Source: Anthoceros angustus | Lineage: Eukaryota; Plantae; Anthocerotophyta | Direction of reading: 5' to 3' | NCBI GenBank assembly: GCA_010909165.1 | Contig: VJWM01000068.1 | Coordinates: 186,001 to 250,000 of the forward strand | DNA length: 64,000 bases | In this document: positions 51,124-63,235 of the stretch, piece by piece | Layout of the letters: each line of letters begins with the position of its first letter | Numbering within the stretch: the stretch's first letter is position 1 | Made by a program: the position numbers and the translations under genes | The notes under the pieces: generated by a model | The model's database searches: none | Seen by the model: only the letters and a program-made list of their open reading frames with translations | Told to the model about the DNA's origin: nothing

Positions 51124-54100
51124 ATGGCGGACGCCCGATAAGAAGGACCTCCCGATGCGAGGCCTAACCACGGAGACTTGTTGGAGAAGCCGCGGAGGCG
51201 GAAGAAATCTAAAAGCAAGAAGGAGGCGAAATCGAGAACCACAGATCCTCCGCGGTCGATCTACGCCTCGGGGGACATGCTTTCCAACCATTGAGCAAGG
51301 TGGAGGTGGAGCAGGAAGGGCGGACAAAGTCCGGTCACTCAATTCAAGGCAAGCACCACAAAGACGGTTGGTGGTGGAGAGAAGTGGCTTGTCCAAAGGA
51401 TTGAGGGTGGGAAATCCGGATCAATTCCCTCCATACTCGTATGAAGATGCGGTGGAGGCACATGAACCAGCTTGAGGACACTATGCTTCTGCGGCAGAAT
51501 GGTTGTTGACACAAAGCGGAGCCGGATGAAGAAACTGCTATGGGGCGATCAAGCTTTGGGTTTTGGGTTCAACGGTGCAGCAAACCAGAGAGCAAGGCGG
51601 GATGGGTCCTGGGCAACTTTGGATGGAGGGCGAGACCCAGGCTGGATTCTTTGCACTTCAAGGCCTTATGAAGTGGACGCATTGCGCATCGTCGGATGAT
51701 TACACTTATCTGTTGAAAGTGGCATGTTTGCACAGAAGAAATGTGAGCCAAAGGAGTTGTCCAGCACTTTTGAGCGTTCGCTGAGAATGTGAGTACACTT
51801 CTTAATTCCAGCATTCGCCACCGTTGATTGCATTGATGCGACTAACGGTGTGCTTCTGTGATGGACGGTGAGAGAACATTTACAGTGCTTGTGTGAGGTG
51901 ATTACGAGCTCCATTATCCGTCATCGAGAGATGTCGAGGAGGACAAGAGGCAGGGACTTCCAAACTTCGCCGGAAGTAGAAGACAATGAGGCGAGTTCGG
52001 ACCTTCCGATGAGGAGGATGGGCCTATTCCGAGTTCTGGGTCATTCGGATGCGGAGGCATTTGAAGAGGATGATGGGGAGGCGAGGTGATGGAGGGAGGT
52101 TTGCAGCTGCCACGGATTCCTTCCAAGGTCGTCGCCATCCAAGCACCATGGGAGGAGTCCCTGTACATGGAAGAGGGGAGGCCGGGGGCGGCATGCCGGC
52201 GCCCTCGACTATGGTGAGGAGGAAGAGGCGGCATGCGGCGCTGATGATGCGGAGGCGGCGGCATGCGGCGCCCTCTAGACGGAAGAGGCGCGGCATGCGC
52301 CTGAGGCGGAGGGCGCCGCATGCCGGCCCCTGAGGAGCCGCAGGCGCCGCTGCCGGCGCCTCCCGAGGTGGATGAAGGGCGGCATGCCGCCCTCTTCATG
52401 TAGAGGAGGAGGAGGAGGCGCCGCCGTCTGCACAGGGCGCGGCATGCGCGCGGAGGAGTGGAGGTAGGGGCGCCGGCATCAGGCTGTGGCTCAGGCTTGC
52501 TGAGGAAGGCGTGGGGCCATGAGAAGCGGAAAAGCATGCATGATGAGGAAGGTGGTGGGGCAGTCCGGAGTGCGGCGTTCGATAGGAGCAGCGGAAAAAG
52601 TTCAAGCGTCCAAGGAAACGACAACAATGAGATTCCAACATTGCATGTCTCAACAGATGGAGAAAGACCGAAGCGTCTATGATGCATGAGGATTATTTGC
52701 GGTCGTGAGTCTGCATGCGAAGAAGGTGGTGCGAAGCGACTCGTGGTGGAGAATTTGAGGCGCCGTTTCTAACTCGGATGCTCGGGTTCGTCAAGTGGAT
52801 GAGGCTTGGGCGAACTACGCTCGCGTCATCTCGAAGGGTCGTATTGAAGAAGGTGTCTTTGCCTTTGCTTTGTATGATTGACCCATCGATGCAGGATATC
52901 AAAACATTAGACCGGAAAAAGTTCCGCAAAGAAGTATATTATGAATCTTGAGGCAATCATACTTACGCCGCCATGAAGCGGCTTGCGATATATCACCAGA
53001 AGGCAAGGTTCCAATGGATGGAGGCCCATGTCTATTGCGGGCTAACTCTACAGGAGATGCGAGTTGCACGACCACAACACAATGTCGGACAAGAGGAAAA
53101 AGATGAACTTTATCGAAAGCGTGTCGGATACCTCGGGGATGAACTTGATTGCAAAGCGGGATGGTGTGACAATGAGCATGAACGAAGTTCAATTTATACA
53201 AGGTGCTTGGGCGATAGAGGATGACGAAGGTCGGGAAGATGAGCAATACAAGCAAAACAAAGTGGACAACCGGACACATATACTATGCATAGCAAACCGA
53301 GGGAAAGGTGTGGGAAAACGTGGGCGGATCTTCACCAAGTGGGAGGCGATGGAACTTCCCGGGCCAAACATGTTAGCAGTACTAGCAAGAAGAGCAAGGC
53401 AAACGCAGTTGGAGAAGAGGTGAAGACTGTGGAAAGCGTTTTGTTAAGCCAAGAGATGCAAGGAAACCATGGCGCGCTTCAAGGAATTCCACCAGAGGCG
53501 TGAAAATGCTGATTAGTGTGAGAAAAGGTTTTGACAGTTTACTAGACCGAATGGTATGTCCAAGGAGGTGATCTGGAAGAAACTTCATGTCATCCAAGTG
53601 GCGATGGCGAAACACTTAGGATGTGACTCCTTCGAGATGGTTATTAAAGCGGCATGTTTGGGATTAAGCGGCGAGGGGTAAGATCAGAATCGGGACGATT
53701 GTGCCATCTACGATTAAAGCGGTGCTCTCTCGGCTTATCATGCGTTTAGAAAAGTACCCATGTTCTCTCCCCTGGAAAAAAGGTGGTCGTTCGAGTTTAG
53801 GTGGCTTGTGTTGCAATCATTGTGGCCAAGAAGCAATCACGCATTTAAAATCACATGGAGACACATGGAACAACTATGGTATGGGTTTTGTAGAGGTTGT
53901 CATGTCGGTAGAAAATGTCTGGCGATTGTTGGGTGTGGCATGGGCGGCCATGCGTCTTTGCGAGCTCTGACGGCGGGCGCAAGCAGCGGATGATATGTGT
54001 TATACGATGGCGGAAACGAACACGATGGGAGCATATGGCGTCTAGAGGGTGGAAAGTGGAGCACAAGCGATCCATGTCATCCAAGTGGCGATGGCGAAAC

Positions 54101-55573
54101 ACTTAGGATGTGACTCCTTCGAGATGGTTAGAATACCCAATGCACTCTTCGGATGATGTTATTGCGGTTTCAAGCGTTCGATGGAAAGGTACGTTCATTT
54201 GTTTTAAGACTCATTGGAGTGGGGACGGTGCGCATGCCGGCGCCCTCTCATTTCCTTCGTTTGGTTGTAACAACGTAGGGTGGGGAAGGCGTGGCATGCG
54301 TACACCTTTGGTTTTCGACTGACGGGTGGTCAAGTGAAAGATGTGCGAGATTTGAAAAATTCTCCAACATACTTGCCCTCATAAGCATCCGTGTGCTCGA
54401 TTCGCCACGGTGCACAAGCAAAACAAAGTGGACAACCGGACACATATACTATGCATAGCAAACCGAGGGAAAGGTGTGGGAAAACGTGGGCGGATCTTCA
54501 CCAAGTGGGAGGCGATGGAACTTCCCGGGCCAAACATGTTAGCAGTACTAGCAAGAAGAGCAAGGCAAACGCAGTTGGAGAAGAGGTGAAGACTGTGGAA
54601 AGCGTTTTGTTAAGCCAAGAGATGCAAGGAAACCATGGCGCGCTTCAAGGAATTCCACCAGAGGCGTGAAAATGCTGATTAGTGTGAGAAAAGGTTTTGA
54701 CAGTTTACTAGACCGAATGGTATGTCCAAGGAGGTGATCTGGAAGAAACTTCATGTCATCCAAGTGGCGATGGCGAAACACTTAGGATGTGACTCCTTCG
54801 AGATGGTTAGGCGGGAATACCCAATGCACTCTTTGATGTTATTGCACGGTTTCAAGCGTTCGATGGAAAGGTGTCATTTGTTTTAAGACTCATTGGAGTG
54901 GGGCGCCGCATGCGCCCTCTCATTTCCTTCGTTTGGTTGTAACACGTAGGTGGGGAAGGCGCGCATGCGCGCCTTACCTATCACTTCACGGTTTTCGACT
55001 GACGGTGGGTGTGCGGCAAGTGAAAGATGTGCGATTTGAAAAACTACGAGGACTTCCGTGCTTTCATCGAAGTGCACACATGGAAGGGTCTGGAGAACGA
55101 ACAAAGGACCCTAGCAGACATGGACATGGAAGAAGGCCTGCAGTCGTTCACTGTTCCAACGACGGAGTGTATCGTGAAATACCAAGTGGTAGCGAGAGAT
55201 GTGTTGGACATCCGAGGTTTTTTACGGAAGAGGAATTACACTTTATTGGTTATGGATGTGCCCAGGGGATTCAACAAGGGAAAGCATGATGTAAAGATGG
55301 ACCAAACACAGATGGGCACAGTGTTTCACTCTTTCCATGACATGACGAGTTGTGAGGAAATCCGCATGATAGTTATGCATGGGGTGGAGGAGCCGCAGGG
55401 AGGCTGCACGGCTGGTGCACGTGGAGGATGGTCTCCTTCGTATGGGACAAAACTAACATGCATAATGATCAAGGTGGATATGATACCGAGTACATCACGG
55501 TAGGGTGGGGGTAACTACAGCAAGAAGAACAAGGTTTCAATGTTACCTAACACCGTCCTTGGCTCGTTCAATA
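51124..55573 (+). pseudogene. ParB-like + amino-MTase cargo gene, copy A (interrupted by rearranged block 53640-54810, truncated at 55573)
   Basis: GNHTYAAMKRLAIYHQKARFQWMEAHVYCGLTLQEMR..HDHN (~52950-53080); RDVLDIRGFLRKRNYTLLVMDVPRGFNKGKHD (55195-55290); SFVWDKTN....DTEYITVGW (55430-55510). Confidence 0.72.
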
Positions 55574-58500
55574 GTTTGGTAGGCCCCTAGATACATGTCC
55601 CCTGTGGTATGTCACGCAAAGAGCCTCGTCATCTGACTTCTTCCTATGTGCAAAGGGGGACTCGGGCTTGTGAGCCCTATCGTACCATCTCCGGGGTTTT
55701 GCGAACAAGCCCAATGTTATGATCCACAATATTTGCGATTTCGTGTTGATCATTCCAATCCATCCACCATTCTTCCTCCACGGCGTCAAATATGTTGGCG
55801 CTTCACCGATCCTTTTTCAAGTGATCGCCTTCACGTCGGTCAAACCACCATCACTAGCTTTCTTGTCCCTTAAAGCCATCAAAGGCGGGCCCGATGATGT
55901 CTGGAACAAAAGTCAAGAATTGAGCCCATCTTGATTCCCACAAGGGGAAGTGGAGTATTGCTTACTGCGAATAACGGTAACCTTTCCCGCCCAACTTTGT
56001 CCTCGGGTGATTTTGGTGCTGAAATGAAAGGTTGTTCAACTTCGAAGCAGTATACTTACCGCCGTTCACTAAATTAATGGCCATACGTATGTCCAATCAG
56101 CCACCTCACACTTTCACCTCGGATTCGCGTGACGAGGACTTCAATATGTCCTCCATAGTTGGCAATGTCCTGCCTCCTTATGTTTTAAATGCTTAGAAAA
56201 CATGAAAACATTTGATCCACTTGGTCGTGCGTATGCCCCACGAGGAGGAATCCAACCTTCACCTTCTCGAGCGTCCGAGTTCAACGAGCATGTTCAATAC
56301 AAATAGAAGCTGGTTCTTGTTCTCTCGGCATGTATTGTCCATGCGGTATAAGACTTTGGGAAGTATCCTTCATACGTGTGTATAACGTCACGGATAATAG
56401 TTATTGTTAAATTTGCATCATTCACGAGATTGGCATAATGCGATCGCGAGCGATGTAATTATGTATCATGCATCCAACAACATGCTTGATCCGACTATCC
56501 TCCTTCAAGTCCTTTGGCCACCGCAAAATATGCGGCAGAAGTTTTTGGTCCATGCCGTCGATAGATAACAACATATATTTCTGCGGCTCCTTATACGACT
56601 TCGATGCTTCGTCAACTTCTTCCGTTCCTCCATCAATCGTATCCGATGCTTGTTGAGTGCCTCTTGATACATAGGTATGTCATGGAACACCATTATCGAC
56701 TTGTGGGCACCGAAATTCAATAACTTTGCATCTGAGCTATTTGGGAAGGCGAGTGTCGTGCATTGAACGAGATCGACTAGGACATACATCATTATTCCAC
56801 AAATGCATGTAGTAGCGGTTTGCATACAACTGCGACTCCTGCGGAAGTTAATGTTACGGCAAGAACCCAACCCGTGCATTCCCTGACCACAGCAGGCCGC
56901 CAACATGCCCCCCTTCCATCGCTGGAGTGAACCTTATAAGTAGCTTGGAGGGCGCGGGCATGCAGGCACACTGAAGTGCAGGCGCAAGCTTCCTCATCTG
57001 TACACAAAAAAGCACCCGTAGTTCACCGCGCTTTAGGGCCTTCGGGGGCGTCGCCATGCCCTATCGTGCACTCCACATTTGGGGGCGCGGCATCGGCGCC
57101 CTCGATGGAGTGCATGGCGCCGCCGCCTCTCCGGCACAAGCGAGGCGCGCCCTCATTCGCCATTCCAGTGCAAGGCCATCCCAGCCCCACGGCACAAAAC
57201 GGCGCCGCACGGCGACATCCCCATGGAGGCGCCGTACCCTTCACCGGACAATATGGTGCCGCCATGCCGGCTCCTTTTTCATGGTGGGGCTCCCGACCTT
57301 CGTACAAACACGTGTCGGGCCGGCTCGGCGACTCGAGACATCACCGCCCGCCCGCTGCGGTACCATCCATCGCTAACTCCTCCATTACTCCACATGCTTT
57401 TATGCCATGCATACGCAGACCACAATAGGCGGGAGGAGGCCTACCCAGTCACTCGGTCGGTTCTCCGTATGTTGAACTTCAGCCCAGCATATGGAACAAG
57501 TCAGAATCTGTTTGACTTGGGTATCTTCACCCTTGAAATTGACCCCAGTAGAAATATGCATACGACACGCGTTCACCTTTTGACTCCATTCCACTCTGTA
57601 TTGTATCCAAACCTCATGCTTCGTGAAAGTGTCGTGATTGTATACCTCCACATTCGGTCGCTCGGCCAAGTGAAGGAAAGTCGCATCCATCCGAGCAATT
57701 GCAGCCAAAGCATGGGAGGATTACAGTGGCCTTATTAGCGTCCCATGGTGCGTTGAATAACCCTCCGCTTCAACTCCTCGTACCTTGCGGACCCTATACG
57801 ATATACACGTCGGAAGGCTTTCAAACAACATTGCATAGAATCGACCCATGAGGTGAGTGAAAACCATCCCTTGTTGTGGCTGCATCGTCGGGCCGCTGAT
57901 GCAATGTCTCTTGCTCGGGTGCCCATTCTCGAAACTTGCTCATGAAAAGCTTCTTTTTGAACTTGCGGATGCACAATTTGTTGCAACAAGGCTTTGAAAT
58001 CCTCTCCCGAATCGCCTTCACTTTTCCTCAAAGACACACCGGCTCGGCACTGAAGCCCACATCGCCTAAATTTGAAAATTATCGGCCAAAGGCGGATGGA
58101 AAGTGACGGCAGATCGGCCGGTCCAAACTTCTCAATGGTTGGGGTGTCGAAGACATTGTCCTCATCTGCATTAGGCGTCCCGCATCTTGATCTTTGGAAA
58201 TAGTAGTGAACAATCCTCCTCATGCTCCACCTCCGCACCAACTTTCCTCCTTCAGACGGGCTTCTATCTATGGCGAGTAGAGGTTCGGGTTCAAGTCGGG
58301 GAACATATGGGCATACGAGGGTGAGTGAGTTCTTCTCCACCTGGACCCGCAACACGCATCACGGGATCGAGCCACTAACACAAACCTATGCCAATGAGTA
58401 TGAGCGGCGACTCAGCTTGACTATCGGCCAAAGAATACATACTTTGTGGCGGGGAGAGTGGCAAGGACTTTGCATTTGCTGGCGAGGGAGGCCAAGCTTG

Positions 58501-58600
58501 CCTTTCACTGTTACGGGATCGGACTCTTTGGGCCTGAAACATCTTGATTTTGCCGAAATCTTCGCTTCTTGACCCTGCACATCTACATTTCAATGACATA
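55566..58600 (-). pseudogene. Sola-like DDD transposase, copy B (C-terminus missing)
   Basis: EPQKYMLLSIDGMDQK (~56545-56590), MDNTCRENKN (~56312-56342), GFLLVGHTHDQVDQMFS (~56203-56255). Confidence 0.8.
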
Positions 58601-59428
58601 GCAATCGTTGGTATCGGTCAAGGAATGAAAGGGCACATAACGGAAACCCACATCTCCGAGTGTGAACTGGAGCATTGTGTTGGACTCGTAGCTCGAAGGT
58701 TACGACGGCTACCGACAAGTGTGATAAAAGGTGGTGGTGTGTGGTACATGACTTGACCGGAGGCGAAGCCGTGGAGGACAAATCACTTGATTGCCAAATC
58801 CTAAATAGATTTCGAAGTAATGGAGGGCGGTGCTATTATGCTACTATGCTGCCAGCCGCATATGCCGCTACCATAGATTAAAATGAAGCGGCGGTAGCCA
58901 TCAATAGCGGCCTGGAAAAAAGGGTATCGTTATGAAAACGCTTTCTTACCCAATTGCATATTGGGCTTGCCGCATGCGCGTAGATAAACAAACACGTGAG
59001 TCACACTGATGTGCAATCGACAATGCGAAGGACATCATGACGCGGGTGTGTGGAACGTATGTTGGGTATGGGTTAAAAGAACATCGAAGCACACGACACA
59101 TATTCCGGTCCTTGTTCCTCCATACATAGCGATAAGGACAATAACTCGGACCTCGTTACGGCGTTATGGAATTTAGGGTTTCTGACTCCTTATAAACCCG
59201 AATTGAGTCCTTCTTCTACAGTCCAGAAACGGCGTAACGAGCTCTTCCAACGCGGGCGTCTGCGATTCAAGCGAGGCCACGTGGTTTTCCCAACAATTTG
59301 CCGTCGGCCCTCGCAGACTCTCCATCCTTTCGGAGGGGCCTTAGTGAGAAATTCCTTGTCGAAATAGAATTGGTGCTTGCCTAATCCGGATTGAGCGTGT
59401 TTGATGCCTATCTTTGGTGCTACAGACG

Positions 59429-62400
59429 ATGGCGGCGGGCCGCGATGAAGGACCTCCCGATGCGGGGCCTAACCACGGAGACTTGTTGGAGAAGCCGCGG
59501 GCGAAGAAATCTAAAAGCAAGAAGGAGGCGAAATCGAGAACCACGGATCCTCCGCGGATACCGATCTACGCCTCGTGGACATGCTTTCCAACCATTGAGC
59601 AAGGTGGAGGAGCAGGAAAGGCGGACAAAGTGGTCACTCAATTCAGCAAGCACCACAAAGGCCGGTTGGTGGTGGAGAGAAGTCCGGCTTGTCCAAAGGA
59701 TTGAGGGTGGGAAATCCGATCAATTCCCTCCCATACTGTATGAGGGAGGCAACTGGAGGCACATGAACCAGCTTGAGGACACTATGCTTCTGCAGGGAAT
59801 GGTTGTTGACACAAACGGAGGCCGGATGAAGAAAGCGTATGGGGCCCGATCTTGAAGCTTTGGGTTTTGGGTTCAACGGTGCACCGCAAACCGAGAGCAA
59901 GGCGGGATGGGTCCTGGGCAACTTTGGATGGAGGCGTGAGACCCGTAATCTGGATTCTTTGCACTTCAAGGCCTTATGAAGTGGACGCATTGCATCGTCG
60001 GATGATTACTGTATATCTGTTGAAAGTGGCATGTTTGCACAGAAGAAATGTGAGCCAAAGGAGTTGTCCGGCACTTTTCGAGCAGCTCGAGCTGAGAATG
60101 TGAGTACACTTCAGAGCATTCGCCACCGGCGTTGATTGCATTGATGCGACTAACGGTGTGCTTCTGTGATGGGCAGTGAGAGAACATTTTACAGGTGCTT
60201 GTGTGAGGTGATTACGAGCTCCATTATCCGTCATCGGCGAGATGTCACCGAGGAGGACAAGACAGGGACTTCCAAACTTTATCGAAGTAGAAGACAATGA
60301 GGCGAGTTCGGACGATGAGGAGGATGGGCCTATTCCGAGTTCTGGGTCATTCGGATGCGGAGGCATTTGAAGAGGATGATGGGGAGGCGAGGTGATGGAG
60401 GGAGGTTTCTGCGGCTACGGATTCCTTCCAAGGTCGTCATCATCCAAGCACCATGAGGAGTCCCTGCTACATGGAAGAGGGGAGGCGGCTGGCCGGGGGC
60501 ATGCGGCGCCCTCGACTATGGTGAGGAGGAGGCGCCGGCATGCAGCTGATGCGGAGGAGGGCGCGGCATGCTCGAGGCGGAAGAGGCGGCGGCATGCGCC
60601 TCATGAGGCGGAAGAGGCGGCATGCGCGCGAGGCCCGCCGGCGGCGGCCGCGCCTCCCAGAGGGTGGATGAAGGCGCCGGCATGCCCTCTTGCATGCGGA
60701 GGGCGCGGCATGCCGCCCACGCTGAGTGGAGGAGGTAGGCGCGGCATGCCGGCGCCGCTCAGGCTTGCGTTGGAGGAAGGCGTCGAGGGGCCATGAGAAG
60801 CGGAAAAGCATGCATGATGAGGAAGGTGGTGGGCAGCGGAGGTCCGTGCGGGCGTTCGGTAGGAGCAGCGGGGAAAAAGTTCAAGCGTCCCAAGGCCCGG
60901 CAACAATGAGATTCCAACATTGCATGTCTCAACAGATGGAGAAGACTGGAAGCGTCTATGATGCATGAGGATTATTTGCAGTAAAGTGAGTCGCATATGC
61001 GAAGAAGGTGGTGCGAAGCGATTACTCGTAAAATTTGGAGAATTTGAGGCGCCGTTTCTAACTCCGGATGCTCGAGTTCGTCAAGTGGATGAGGCTTGGG
61101 AACTACGGCTCGCGTCATCTCAAGGGTCGTATTGAAGAAGGTGTCTTTGCCTTTGCTTTATGATTGACCCATCAGTGCGGGGATATCAAAACATTAGGCG
61201 GAAAAGTTCCGCAAAGAAGTATATTATAGAAGTCTTGAGGCAATCATACTTACGCCGCCATGAAGCGCTTGCGATATATCACCAGAAGGCAAGGTTCCAA
61301 TGGATGGAGGCCCATGTCTATTGCGGGCTAACTCTACAGGAGATGCGAGTTGCACGACCACAACACAATGTCGGACAAGAGGAAAAAGATGAACTTTATC
61401 GAAAGCGTGTCGGATACCTCGGGGATGAACTTGATTGCAAAGCGGGATGGTGTGACAATGAGCATGAACGAAGTTCAATTTATACAAGGTGCTTGGGCGA
61501 TAGAGGATGACGAAGGTCGGGAAGATGAGCAATACAAGCAAAACAAAGTGGACAACCGGACACATATACTATGCATAGCAAAACCGAGGGAAAGGTGTGG
61601 GAAAACGTGGGCGGATCTTCACCAAGTGGGAGGCGATGGAACTTCCCGGGCCAAACATGTTAGCAGTACTAGCAAGAAGAGCAAGGCAAACGCAGTTGGA
61701 GAAGAGGTGAAGACTGTGGAAAGCGTTTTGTTAAGCCAAGAGATGCAAGGAAACCATGGCGCGCTTCAAGGAATTCCACCAGAGGCGTGAAAATGCTGAT
61801 TAGTGTGAGAAAAGGTTTTGACAGTTTACTAGACCGAATGGTATGTCCAAGGAGGTGATCTGGAAGAAACTTCATGTCATCCAAGTGGCGATGGCGAAAC
61901 ACTTAGGATGTGACTCCTTCGAGATGGTTAGGCAGGAATACCCAATGCACTCTTCGGATGATGTTATTGCACGGTTTCAAACAGCGTTCGATGGAAAGGT
62001 ACGTGTCATTTGTTTTAAGACTCATTGGAGTGGGGCGCCGCATGCGCCCTCTCATTTCCTTCGTTTGGTTGTAACACGTAGGTGGGGAAGGCGCGCATGC
62101 GCGCCTTACCTATCACTTCACGGTTTTCGACTGACGGTGGGTGTGCGGCAAGTGAAAGATGTGCGATTTGAAAAACTACGAGGACTTCCGTGCTTTCATC
62201 GAAGTGCACACATGGAAGGGTCCGGAGAACGAACAAAGGACCCTAGCGACATGGACATGGAAGAAGGCCTGCGATGTTCACTGTTCCAACCACGGTGTAT
62301 CGTGAAATACCAAGTGGTAGCGAGAGATGTGTTGGACATCCGAGGGTTTTACGGAAGAGGAATTACACTTTATTGGTTATGGATGTGCCTGTGGGATTCA

Positions 62401-63235
62401 ACAAGGAAAGCATGATGTAAAGATGGACCAAACACGGATGGGCGCATGTTCACTCTTTCCATGACATGACGAGTTGTGAGGAAATCGCATGATAGTTATG
62501 CATGGGGTGGAGGAGCCGCAGGGAGGCTGCACGGCTGGTGCACGTGGAGGATGGTCTCCTTCGTATGGGACAAAACTAACATGCATAATGATCAAGGTGG
62601 ATATGATACCGCCGAGTACATCACGGTAGGGTGGGGGTAACTACAGCAAGAAGAACAAGGTTTCAATGTTACCTAACACCGTCCTTGGCTCGTTCAATAA
62701 TGGTCGCTCATTGGGCACAACGTCGTCAAGAAGCTTCTTTATATGTCATTGGACAAGCTCGTGGTATGTGCTTATCGAGGCCATTAGGGTTGATGCGTAA
62801 GATGATCAACAACTTCTCCAAAGAAGGAGATTGGATATTAGATGCGTGTGCGAGGAGCGGGACGACCCTAGCAGTACGCTATGTGGCCGCTGCATGCGCG
62901 TGGACTTGGACAAACGATGTGCGAATTCATTCCCCAAAGGATACATGGATATGAGGTACTTCCGACCGAGGAGGAATTGAATCATGAGCCACCGGAGGAC
63001 GCTCAGTCAGGCAAAGGAATTAAGCTTGTCAGAAGGGTCACTTTCATGGCTGTCGTACCTTTGGGGTTCAACAGATGAAAGAGAAAACGGGCAAATCGTT
63101 GATGACGGGCAGAGAACTCGGCAGTGCCATCCAGACTACAACACCCAAAGCGGTCCTCGTCTCTTGGATGTGGAGAATGCCATGCGAGAACGACAACTTC
63201 GAGGACCCCGACAACGCCTCCTCGTAAAGCGTTGA
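59429..63235 (+). pseudogene. ParB-like + beta-class N6A/N4C DNA methyltransferase cargo gene, copy B (all MTase motifs present, frameshifted)
   Basis: DARVRQVDEA..HLKGRIEEG and EVL[G]GNHTYAAMK (~61067-61265); LLVMDVPxGF (62370-62400); VWDKTN (62563-62580); RPLGLMRKMINNFSKEGDWILDACARSGTTLAV (62778-62876); GRCMRVDLDK..MCEFIPQRI (62885-62945). Confidence 0.78.
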
